Positions 31,301 to 43,700 of a stretch of 64,000 nucleotides of DNA are shown one piece after another. Numbering within the stretch: the stretch's first letter is position 1; every line of letters starts with the position of its first letter. The stretch lies in assembly GCA_964106915.2 (NCBI GenBank), contig OZ066915.1. The stretch is one strand, 5' to 3'. The notes below the pieces were generated by a model. It was given only the letters and a program-made list of their open reading frames with translations. It was not told the DNA's origin and searched no databases. The position numbers and the translations under genes are program-made. The DNA is from Podarcis gaigeae. Lineage: Eukaryota.

Positions 31301-34300
31301 ACTTACACACATTTATAGATGCTATATGTATTAGTATGCCAGCAGATTCTTCTTCTTTTTAAGCGAGGAGTTCCCCATTGCCCATTGGCTACAAAAAAAG
31401 CACATGTACCTAATTTTATCTGCATGTCCTTACTCTCCTGCATTCACACATTTGGGCTCACAGATACATGTGCATATGCTAGCATACTCCTATATGCGCA
31501 CTGATCTACACATTCTTTCTCATGCCCAGAATGTTTTCTCAGTTGCATGCAGACCTGCACATCTCCCTTCAGTAGGCAACAGTATGGGCTTGTTTTTGCT
31601 AGTTACTTTTGCTGGATTTTGTGACCCAGCTACATCACGTAGTGGTAATTCAAGCTACAGTCAAGGCTGTGTTCCTGCCCATTTTTATTGAACCGTGTAC
31701 ACATCCTATGCATGTTAGTGCTTCAGAATAATGAGGTGATATATTTTGACCCTTGACCTAGCAATATTATCAAAAATATGAATACATGGGAAATATTTTG
31801 CGGCTAGCCACCAGCATTAAAGGAAGGGGTTTTAGTATAATTGTAAAAACAAGGGCATTTGTAGACCAAAGAAGCTGTTTGTCAGATTCAGACTTACTCA
31901 GTAGCTCAATTTGGTGTTAAGTTCAGAAGCCCTGTCCAATGACTAATCTATTGATATTGCAATATTAAATGACATTGTTTATGTGAAATGTTTCATGTAG
32001 GGAAGAATATGTTACATTTTTTGGTTCTGGTTTATTTTGGATGCTTTCAATACAGTAATACATGTTCTCTTGCCGACAAGAGTGTTTTTTGTGTGTTTGT
32101 TTATCTCTCAGGTAAGCGCAGAGCACTGAAGTTGAATTTTGCAAACCCACCTTTCAAATCCACAGCGCGATTTACTTTGAACCCTGGAGTTCCTTTTCAG
32201 AATCCACACATGTGAGTATAAAGCCAGAAATTCCACCAGATGGAACCATTTTGAAGTAGGAAGATAAAGCACTTTCCTTTGTCACACAAATTTTGTAGGC
32301 AGTTCAGAAGTTAAAATTGTAGTCTGGACTGAGACGTAGGATGTTCTGTTTATGTAACATTTTCTCATGTATTTTTGGAACTTCAAATAAGCTGTTTTAC
32401 CTAAAGGCTTAAAGCAAGACTACTCCTTTGAACTGTACCAAAAAAAAAGTCCTGTCATTTGCTGGCAAGTCATCTCCATATGGCAGAGGTAGCTTACCTG
32501 TAGTCCTCCAGATATTATTGGACTACAAATTCCCATCAGCCCTAATGAGCGTGACCAAATGTGGCCCCACGCTGCCAACCACAGTTTAGCCACTCCTGCC
32601 TTATGGTTAATCTCACTCACGGACTGCATAAACCTATGCCTGCTGCTTTTCAAGTTTGCAAAGTTTTTATTCCTGTATTTGTTTTTAAGATATTTGTGTG
32701 ACACATCTTAGTTTTAAAATTGAGAGGATTCTTTTTTTTTAGAAATCTAAGAGGTGGTGAGAAGTTACTAGAACCATGTAAGTTTCCAAGAAAGGTGTTA
32801 CAGACAGCCTTATATACAGATTCAGTGTAAAGTGGAGTATCCAACAATTGGTTGTTTAATGCAGCAGAATGTCTCTTGAAATACAAGCCTTGTGTCCTCA
32901 GATCCACCAATCTGGACTGATGGGTAACTTCTCAGGCTGTGCAGTCAGCATCTCCTTTATATTCTCTTGTGAGGTTTTTTAAGTCCGGCAGAGTAAAAAT
33001 CCTCAGAGCTTTGTGCCTGTCATTCCTCCAGTTGCTTGTACTTCCTTTGGACAATTCTGCCATGTATGTGTGTCTGTATGTTGCGGCTTTGTTCATATAG
33101 CTCAGAGCTTTCTATTTCCTACGAATATATCCGTTTCATTTCCTTATTTAGAAACTCTTCCTTGTTTTGATTCTAAAGCTATCCAAGTAATTATAGATGG
33201 ACTTTGGAAAAGTATTCCTGTTACTTATAAGGTCAGTTCTGAAAACCAGAACATGCAGATATTTCAGTAGACATTCTTCTAAGATGTCCAGTTTCTCATC
33301 CAAAAAGAAGAGAAGCAAGGTTCAGCCTGCAGAGTTCTGGCATCCAGCAGTACCACCATTTATAAAATACCATATTAATTTAAGGACTTAGGACTTACTC
33401 CCCATGTTAGAATATATAAGCTAGCTGGACACAATCTTTTCACAATAACGTCATAGGTGCTTTCTCTTTGTAGTGGTTCTGCACAACTTTTGTCTTTCAA
33501 CTTTTTCTCTTTGATAGATTTCACCTTCATAAGACCTTTATTCTTAGTAAGTTAACTCATCACCTTCTAGTGACTTTCTTTAGTAGTCATATTTTTCATC
33601 CAGTGACTTTCTGAACAGGAATTTCTGTAGATAATAGCTGTTCTTGTCTGGCAGTTCTTCTTGCATCTAATAATAAAATCCCTAATTTCAGGCTCATCAG
33701 GCAGCTGGTGGTATTGCTTTGAACAAGACTATTTTGATAAAGTAGGTTGGACAAGGGGAGAAATAATTTTTTTCTGCAACAGCAAGCTTCCCAAATATTG
33801 TGTTAGGGTTTTTTCTAGACCACCCACTGTATAGATAAATATATCTTACATTTTACACTGAACATCATCAATAATCTGTTTTGAGAATAAACTTGTTATG
33901 TAGTCTGTGAAAGGAAGTCTGTTTCTATTATAAAATTTGTGTTGGGTAGTTCTTTTGAAATAGGAAAGGCTTGTTTTATCCATTTGTTCCCCTCACCTTT
34001 ACAAACTCCTCATTTAGTATTTAGGCTGCAATCCTGTACCTGCTTACCTGGGAACAAGCCCCACTGAAGTCAGTGGGACTTACTTCTGAGTAGTCTTGTC
34101 TAGCATTGCACTTCGAGTGTTCAGTGGTTAATTTTTTATCATCTTATGTCTCAGATTTATGAAGGTTTTCTTAGGAGCTGGTATGTTAACAAGTAAGGAT
34201 CATAACATTTTAAAAAATCTTAAATTCTTTTTGAAAATCTTTTGCTAATGTGGGTTTTTCTAATATGTCATTCTTCTTCCAGACACCTTTTCTTGTGTTG

Positions 34301-37300
34301 GATATTTACTTTGTTACATGGTATGGAAGTCCATATGTGCTGTGAATGAGGCAATTTGCTGTTATTGGATTAAATCTTGTTTTCCAGTCATTGTAGATAG
34401 TGCTTTGTTAGTTTGTTACTATTCTTTATTCTATGAGTTGGTTGTTATTCTTCATTCTGTATAAAAGAGCAGCCTAAACATAACTGTGTTGATTAGATTT
34501 TGGGGATGTAGTTTGTCATCCCATTCATCTAGATGGGTAATGCTGACATTTCAGAGAGGATAGTTTCTCCTGTGGAGGCTAGGCATTTGGGCTCAGTTTT
34601 GAAGGCTTTATCCTATTTTTCTAAACGATTGAAAATGTTGGACAATTTGCTTGATCTTTGTGTCCTTAAAGCTAATGGCAGTCATTGGTTATACTGCTCC
34701 TTACCCACATTTAATTGCCCCTTAGGCATACTTTGTTGGGTTCACAGGTTGTGTTCAGGGGCTTCAGTGATGGAATTTTCAGATAAGAAATTGCAGCTTT
34801 TATTACAGGCAGGTTGAGGAAAGGAATGTATCTTCTTTAAAGCTCTTCATTCCAAGATTTTCTCTGTCCAGAATTCAACTGCCCCCCAGAAAACAGCTAT
34901 GGAGGAGATTACCAAAACACATTGTTCAGGTGAAAAGTGGTTTCAGAAGGGGATAAATATACTTGGTGATAAGTATCAATGTGTGCTTGCGGGCTTCTCT
35001 GTTTATAAGGAAGAACTGGTTTTAGCATAATGTTAGCTTTCTTTCTGTAGAAAGCTGTGGCTACTTTATTCAAGGTGAAGCTGCCTGGTTTGTTCTGCAG
35101 CTAAATGTAAATTAGGCATAAAGCTTTGTGGAAAACTGCTGCCAGTGTGCCCACCACCAGGTTAGAGTTTATTCACACTTTATTGCACCGTCTTGTGCCT
35201 TCTCCTGTCACCTTGGCTAGTTAAGGAGCAGAGTTCTTTATGTGTGTTGTAAAAGTTACTTTATGTGCTAACATTGTGATTAAAATGATGTTACATACAT
35301 GTAATTGTAATATGTCTGTATTGGTCCTATAATTTTAACTTGATAAATTTAAGACTAGTTACTCTGACTTGATGTTTTTTTGGTGTGTCTAGTTCATTGC
35401 CAAAGCCTGAATTAGATCTCCTGAATTAGCAGTTACCTCAGATGCCACATGTATATAAAGGCAACAACTTATTTGCGCCTGTTTGTGCGCATGCGCATCA
35501 AATTGACCTGGAAGTGGCTGGAAAAGGAGGCTTATTGGGGCAGAGTGGGCTTATGTGTGCTCCACCATCGTGCACAGTAACCTGGCATGCAACCCCCCCA
35601 CAAATCGGGGGTTGCCTGTAATTCTTTCTTCTGTGTAGTATAGATTGGCAGAGATTCTCATTTTGTGTTTTGTAAACAGTGTAGTACTTCATTTTCATAG
35701 TTTCACCATAGAATATTAACATAGCAACAACTTCCACAGTGGGAAGGTTCACATGAGTCCTATGATAGATCAGTATTGTTACTACTCACTCTTCCATTTC
35801 ACCCTCCTTTTTTTCTACCTCTGGCTTGGCTTCTTCTGATTTGGATGGATTAGGGTCAACTTTTTCCCTAGATTGATTGTAGATTATTCTGAAAGTTTGC
35901 TGAGGTGGTAGATATACAGTCCTCCATGCACATGAGTCTGTTGCTTAATTCTAGGTAAACTATACAGTAAGATACAGAATGCACAATAACATCTGTAGAC
36001 CCTAGGGGCTGTTCTGGTACTGTGGTGATTTATGTTTGACTCACAATTGTTGCAGCCCTGGTTGGGTATTTATATCATCTATGGAGCCCTGTTAATGAGT
36101 CCTGGAGGCTGCTATAGTGAACCACATTGAGACTAGAAATATTTCATGTTCCTTGGTGCTTTTCTCCCATATTGTAAAAGATCAGACATAAGAGTTTCCG
36201 CTTCCCAAAGGCACAACTGGGAGATACAACACTTTGCCAGAACAGCAGCAGGTATGCTTCTTCCCTGATGCAGTGCAGCTGTGTGTGTTGCACAGTGGCT
36301 GCAGAGAGTGAGTGGGGAAAGCTTGTACATACATGGCTTTCTTGACAGTAAAAGGCCAGGTAAGAGTTTTTCCCAAGCTGGTTCTGCCCTGTTTACTGAG
36401 TTTTAGCTGCTTCAGCTAAAGCAGATTGGTAAGCTCTGGCATTCATTGGGTGGAATCTACACACAGGTTAAAAACGTTGTGAAAATGCTTTTTCTAAAAT
36501 CGTTTTGAAAAATGCATGGAATTTGCTATAGCTCACAGTCGGCATCTAGTGTCACAATTGTACATTATATTGCACTTTACAACACATTGAAAACATTTTG
36601 TTTGCAGCTGTATAGCTAAGTCCTCCAGATCTCTAGACTGTATTTCTTTGCAAGAAGTGAGATACAAACAGATACTTTCAAGCTGACCATCACCTTGTTA
36701 CATTTCATCAGAAAGAATTCTGCTTAATTCTTGAACCCCAATAGTTCACTGTTCCTGCTAAGTCTTTTACACGGCACTTTTCTTGCTATACACTATAAAA
36801 CTGACAGCATTGAGGGGAAGTGAATATGGCTGGAGAGCTCGAAAGGGGTTTGCAAGTGATCCAGATCAACATCTTTACTACGTTCATAAGTCATTAGTTT
36901 CTCTTTGAATACAGAATTGTTGAGGCCATCCAGGTTACTTGCATGTAGAGGAATAAGTTACTGCAGTTGGAGCATGGTTTCCTAAGATAGGCACTAAGAT
37001 CCAAAGTAAACACTTCAAAACTTGATGAAGTTGAACCAAAGTTCTTGATTCTGAAGGCTGCAGCATGGACAGATTCTCAAATGGGATGGCATTGTGTTAA
37101 ATCTTCAGGTCTTAAAAAAACAAAATAAAATCAGAGCAAGGGAGATTTGGCCGTAATTAAATCATTTCTGCTGGAACATGACTTTAATCCCGAAGTACCT
37201 AATGATTCTGTGCATCTAGAATAGAAGAGGAAGCACTAGACTGGCAAGTTCCCCCTAAGCTTTCTTCTTCAGAGTACCTTTGTTGAACAGCCCCAGAATA

Positions 37301-40300
37301 TTTTAAAACTCTAGCTGGAGAACTGCCCCCCATGTCCTTTTCATGCAGCTTCAAGCTTCCCCTCAAGGGTTGGGGCAGGCACCTTCCAACTCAGGTTTTT
37401 CTTTTTCCTTGACGAAGGTTCAGGATTTAGAAAAGTAAAATCTGCAGAGAGAATTAATTCCAGTACATTTTTTTTGACAAGAATTAATAGAATTATTATA
37501 TTTGAGTAAAGACTGTCTCCATGCCAACCATTACAGTTCACTATATTTCACAATAGAGATCGCCGGAATGATTATCAGATATGGTGAGCTCATCTCCACT
37601 GTCTTAGACAAGGTTCCTTATCATTTTACTCTTCCGAAGGATGCTTTCATATACACGTTGCTTTAGGAACAGTGGTACAACCCTCGCAGTTGCCTAAGGC
37701 ATTATTTATCGTGTGTATCTCACCTTAGATCCTTGAAGAAGATGCCTTAAGGACTTCGTTTCTTCTCTAACTTTTTTGAATTTCTAGGAAGGGTCATTGT
37801 ATCCACCCCCCATTCCTACTGGAAACCTCAACACCACTGAGAGATCAGAATAATTTACTTTCTCTCTTCTTACTTGTGAGCCTCTGGTTGGATTTTCCTT
37901 TTTTGTGGGGGGCAGGAATCCTAAAAAGCAGATCAGAGGAGCAGCTTGGCAGATCTCTGTGTGCCCCTCTCTGTCTCTCCTTAATTAGCAGAGGACTCAA
38001 GGAGATTTTGATGCATCCCTTTTCCTAACAGTCTTGACTTGACCGTTGGTTTTTATGTATGTAAACATACTGAATCTTCCTCCCCTGTTTGTCCTGCCCC
38101 TGCAAAGGGGGAGGTTTTGTTAGTGTTAGAAGAGGAGATTTCTTACCTGGAAATACTTGTGAGAGATTCGGATCCAGAAACTTCCTTGTTCCTCACACAA
38201 TCACAGAGTGGACAGTGAAAGCTAGCTTCTAGCTCTTCCAGTTTCATAGGGAAGAATTCAGTTCACTCCAATCTAAATAAGTAGGGTAATAGTGACTTCT
38301 CCTGATTGGTGGATCCAAGACACAAGCACTAGTTTTCAGGTAAGAAATTTACCTTTATTGAAACAATATGATGAAGCAATGTAGTGGTAAACAATGTAGC
38401 AAATTGTGACAAAGAAGGTCAGTGGCACTAATTAGTTGATTTTAGCTAGCAATTTTATTGCAGGTATGTAGTTCATAGGACAAAAGGAAATACTGCACCT
38501 GAAATTAAGGATTGCATGCTATTCCTAAATGATCTTACTTGGAGGTAAGCCCCATTTATTTCCAAGGGATTTACTCTTAGGTAAGGTGGCATTGGATTGT
38601 AGCCTTCCATGGCTTTCATGCATTAGTATGAGTGGTTTCAAAAGGGCTTTAAATGAACTGCCACACACTTTGCTTTTTTTCCTTTTTTCCAAAAAGAGAG
38701 GTATAGACTAGCCCTTAACAAGGAACTGAAATGTGCTCATTTTGTATATAAAAGGCAGTCTGTCTTTTCAGTTACTATGTGTGTATGTGTTATTGTGTCA
38801 TGTGATAACAGCACTGTGTTTTCCTGTCATTTTTACAACTCTTTCCTGGCTGAAGTGATACACAAGCAACAATGGGTAGTAATCACATTGCCCCGTTCAC
38901 TTTCAAAAGGAGAGAAGCGGAGATGATCGTGAAACTTTCCAGCAGGCTACAGTAAGCGTAACTGTCTGTTAGCCCCATTGTCAGATATTTTCATAATAGA
39001 AAAAGCAAAAGAAAGAAAAAGGCATGAACACCAATATAGATCCTTGCAGAAATTTGTCATATTATGAGTGAATTAATATATATATATATTTAAATTAATT
39101 ATTAAATACTTTCAACATATATTTCATTATTATTGTTTAAAGCTTATTGCTGCATTCGTATTAGCAATTCCCAATGTTCTGTCCCAGCTGACTGTCATTG
39201 GCTCTAGAAAGACAGTGTATTTTTTTTAAGAGAGTACTGGTATTCAAAGGGTAACTCAGTGTTAGTTTACAAAAATCTCTCCTTTTAAAACCATAAATAT
39301 TTAATTCTCAAGCATGGTTGACCATAATGGATGGAGTTGATGCAGGTGTTATAAGGTTGTTGCATATTGCCTCCAAAAAGCCTTCACTGATAGAACAGCT
39401 CTAAAACCTGTGAATCTAGTTGTCTTTTGTGAAGTATTATTTCATTTTTGTAGCTGCCATACTTCCAACACCTATTGATCTGTAAAATAGCCCCCCCCCC
39501 CTCAACAATTAATGGACCAGTGAAAATGAAACGTATGCTTCTGGTGAAGTAAGCCTGAGGCACAATTGAGGTAGAATCTACACACTTATAAAAACCATTC
39601 TGGAAACGCTTTTTTAAAAGTGTTTTTTTTAAAAAAATACATTGAATTTTCCATAAGGCTCACCATCACCAACTAGTGTCACATTGTATATTGCACTTAA
39701 AACACACTTAAAATGTTTTATTTACAGCTGTATAGATGAGTCCCAAGGCAACTGAAGAGTTGCCGTCCATTGCACGGGTGTTAGATTTTGTTCTGAATCT
39801 TCTTAATTCATAAGTAATTCATATTGGCTTTGAGTACTTCTAAAACATTTTAACATAACATTATAGCGAGTCGTGGAGGATACGGAAACATTCTGAGAAA
39901 ATCAAGTATTTTCATCAATTTGGCGGAGTTCATCAGGTCCAAATTTCTGAGTCGGGCAAGGCACTACATTTCTGGGTAACTAAAATGGTGTGACCTTAAA
40001 TCTACTTGCCCAAACAATGCAAATAACTGTGCTAGTTCCATGTTTACCCTTCCAGGAGAATAAAGAGTCTTCTCTAAGGTCCCCTGCCTCATACTCACTG
40101 ACAAGAAATAGTTAAACTTGTAATTTAGGAAATTAAACCAATCCTCATATAAAGGAAATTGTATTTTTATACCATATTTTAGATCTGACTTAAAACTCCA
40201 TAAAAAGTTATAATAAGAGAATCTATTTCCTTAAAATATTTTTTGCTGAATGTGAAATTGTAACTTAGTGGTTTGGGGTAGCAGACTGCAGGCCTCTGGG

Positions 40301-40667
40301 GACTACTTTGTTATTTTCCTTAGACCCCATGAACTGGAGACCTATAAAAGACATAAACTTTTTATACCTATAAAAGACATAAACTTATAATTGAAGTGTG
40401 TTAAGCCCAGGAATTTGCCTTTACGTTTTGGAACAGAAAAGAGCCTCTAGTGCTTCCTTACAAAAATATACTTTGTCATACATCATCCCCCTTCCCCCAG
40501 CTTGGTTTCCACAGGGATCATTTTGTTGCAACAGTTGAAAGCCAGTCTTTGTCAATCTACTTCACATCACGCAGGGATCTGTCAGTAGATTCCAATTTAA
40601 CTACTCTGCTATCCCAATCAGATTATTGGACTCATCATGTTCAAATCACTGATTTTGTTATGTCATC

Positions 40668-40709
<42 letters not shown>

Positions 40710-43700
40710 AATCAGGCACATCACTGGCTCTGCTCCCTGGGCATCCATGCATAAGATTGGGGTCTCATGCCATGACTATGATGCTTTGCCTTGAAAAGTG
40801 GCAATGCTTACAGGATGCGTTTACATCGTTTGATATATTTCTTTGTTGTGATGAAGAGGGACAGGCAATTTTGTCCCAAAGCTTTTCTGCTTCAGTTTTT
40901 AGGCATCTGCAGCAGTATGGATGTAATTTACCAGCACATCTGTAATACCTCTTGTGCCACTGCTGGAAAATCTGGGCAAAGCAAACAAGAATGATCAAGC
41001 AGGATTCAAGAGTGCATGTTGTCTTGCCAGGGCTGCAATATTACTAGATGCCTATCCTCTTGGGAAAGAAATACTGTCTCTGATTGTTGGCTGTTGATGG
41101 TCTCACTCCTGTGAAATTATTTCTGTGTCCTTTCAGTTGCTGGTATTTCGTTCATTTTTTTTTTGTCATACTATAAAATGTGGCAAATGATTTTACTAGC
41201 GTAAGCACTTACAGGTGTTGCAATAATGGCTTTCAAGCTCCATAGCACTCCTTCTCATGGTAAATCTGCACCCTTAGCATGAAGGCCTTTAAAAATGTTC
41301 TTTTGCCATAGATTTGACTAATTGTTCCATTGTCTGTTGCAAAGTGTACTGTTATAACCACAGCACGTACACTTATTTTCTGTAGACCTGGAAAGAATTA
41401 AAACTGGTTTCTTTTGTTAATCTATAAATTCTGAGAACTGTTGTAGTGAGAATTGCCCTCCATCCAGTTGGCTTTCCAAACCCTTAAGAGCAAGGTAGTG
41501 CTATGTTATCTTCCTGTACTAGAATATTGCTTTGTAGCCTTGCAGTATGCTGCTGTTAAGGTTTTACTACTCCGCAGAGATCCTGGGCTCATAGATCTCT
41601 CATTCACAAGGACCCCTTCTACATAATGCCCTGATTGGTGACAATCAGGAAGCATTAACGTATGATATTTCTGATAAGGGGATTTAGAGCTATTGTGGTA
41701 TTACCGTAAAAACAGCTCTTTCCCCCAGTACTATTAGTCTGTGTGGAACAGTAGTGATCAGAACTGGGATCCCACGGGCAATGTGCGATTGGCAGCACTG
41801 ATCACCTGCAGGTGCATTTGTACAGAAGTCCTCTGTGCATAATTGCCCTGTCAGTATTTCTTATTGAGTCACAAACAGTTTGTTAAAGCTTTATCATCCT
41901 TGGAACAAGAATGCTAAAGTTTGGGGTTTTAGCCGGAGCTGTATACCTGTCCCAAACCTTTGAGTTCTGTTTCAGCAGCTGTCTAGCAACTTGTATGCCT
42001 TCTAGATTGGCCTTATTAACTAGCATATGGTTCTCGTTCTACAAGAAACTGAGGTATATCCTTGTAAATTCCCCAAATCTGATGGCAGAAGGTAAGATGG
42101 AAAAAATGAAATACTCCCCTCCAGAGAGTCGGAAACGTTAAAAACAATAAAACAAACAGGCAATATGCCTATAGAAAAAGAACGGTCTGCTGTGAACCAG
42201 CAGCTGCACTAATCAACTAATTTTGTCTGAATTAGGTTTAAATTCCTTTAGCTCCATGCAATGCATTACCAGCCTCAGTCACTGATTCTGTTAGGACTGA
42301 AATGGAAATGAGAGATGGGAGAGGTGTTCAGGTTCTTGTCTGAACATGTAAGCACCAAATTGTGTAGGGATTCTGGGTCCAGTGTACAAGCCCTGCCCCC
42401 AACTTCATCATGCACACTTCCCTCATTCAGTCCCTGACCTTCTCTTGTGTAGGGAAGGTTTGTGTAGGAATTCTCCTCATGTGAATGCAAGAACAACTCT
42501 CTTCATGATCAATCATGTACAAGTGAATGTGGGTAGAATCCCTATAGAAGAGGGGAAGGTTTGGAGACTGAGCAGGGAAGAGGTGTGTGCAGTGACATTG
42601 AGGGTCAAGCTTGCATGCATGCTTCTGTCCCTCTACGTGATTTGGTACTTTTGTACTCATGCCTATACACAGTTGGAGTTGGGTGTTATCGACTCCTGAT
42701 GACATAGCACTCCAAAAACACTGAATAATCTTGTGCAGTGGTTTCTCGTAGATGTCAGACACCATGAGGCACAGAATTGAACTTTTCTCCCTTGTTGGAT
42801 ATTCTTCAGTAATGTTAATTTAAATTTGATATGTATATTTTAAACACTGTTGTGCACCACCCTAAAATGATGTTAAGAGTGGTACAGAAATGTGTTGTAT
42901 ATATATTAAGCTCTGCTTTCCTGCAGCTTTCCTAGCAAAAGGACAGTACATATTGAAAATGAGGATTTGTTCTGGTGTTACTTAAATACAGTAACCTTAA
43001 ATGGATTTGTGTTGATGTGTAGTGACATTGACTTAAACCTTCGCTGTGGACAGAACCCTGATTTACTTTTGTATACTTTGGTTTATAATTGTATTTTGAG
43101 TGCTACTATGACTTCTCTCTCCTTTCTGCTCCTTATCAAAACCAAAAGCTTCTGGTAGCTAAATTAATTTCTTAGTATTTAAATTTTAATATTTGGTTGT
43201 ATGAAAAGGAAAATGGAAGTAGTTTGCACACACAACTAAATTAGGCAGATCTTCTAAGCATCCAAATGATCCTTTCACCTAGGTATCTGAAGGGTTGATT
43301 AATGATAGAATCAGAAACGGTATCTGCCTTTGACTTTAAGATAAAAATATTGGAATTCCACGGAAACCTGTTAGATATTGTTTTATTCATTACTTAACCT
43401 AGAGGGAGGTGGGGTCCTAGCTGAGCAGCTCAGGCTTGTGACAGTTTGGCCACATCTATCCCAAGGTTATCAGGGTGGGGACAAGCCATTTGAATTCTTT
43501 GACATGTCACTGATGTTCAAGTCCTGGGAATCTTGTCTTGGCAAGATGGTGAGCTATGCTCTTGTTTTATATGTGTGTTATTTTGGGGTATTTAAGTAAC
43601 TAGCCATAATGCGCCCCCCAAAAAATTAGTCATACTATGATGATGTCAATATTATTTGTATGAATTTTCAGTATCCTAGGAGTAGCAGACTTAGGGAGCA

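Noticed and set aside
32180-32211. Exon 2 end ([11 protein letters not shown]) differs from human (NPNPTGVQNPHI)
   Set aside because: Variable linker. I recall PFQNPHI in non-mammalian MKK4, so it is likely ancestral rather than novel.
38872-38892. N-myristoylation of the candidate alternative N-terminus (MGSNHI)
   Set aside because: It has Gly2 but lacks the usual Ser/Thr at position 6, so it is not claimed.
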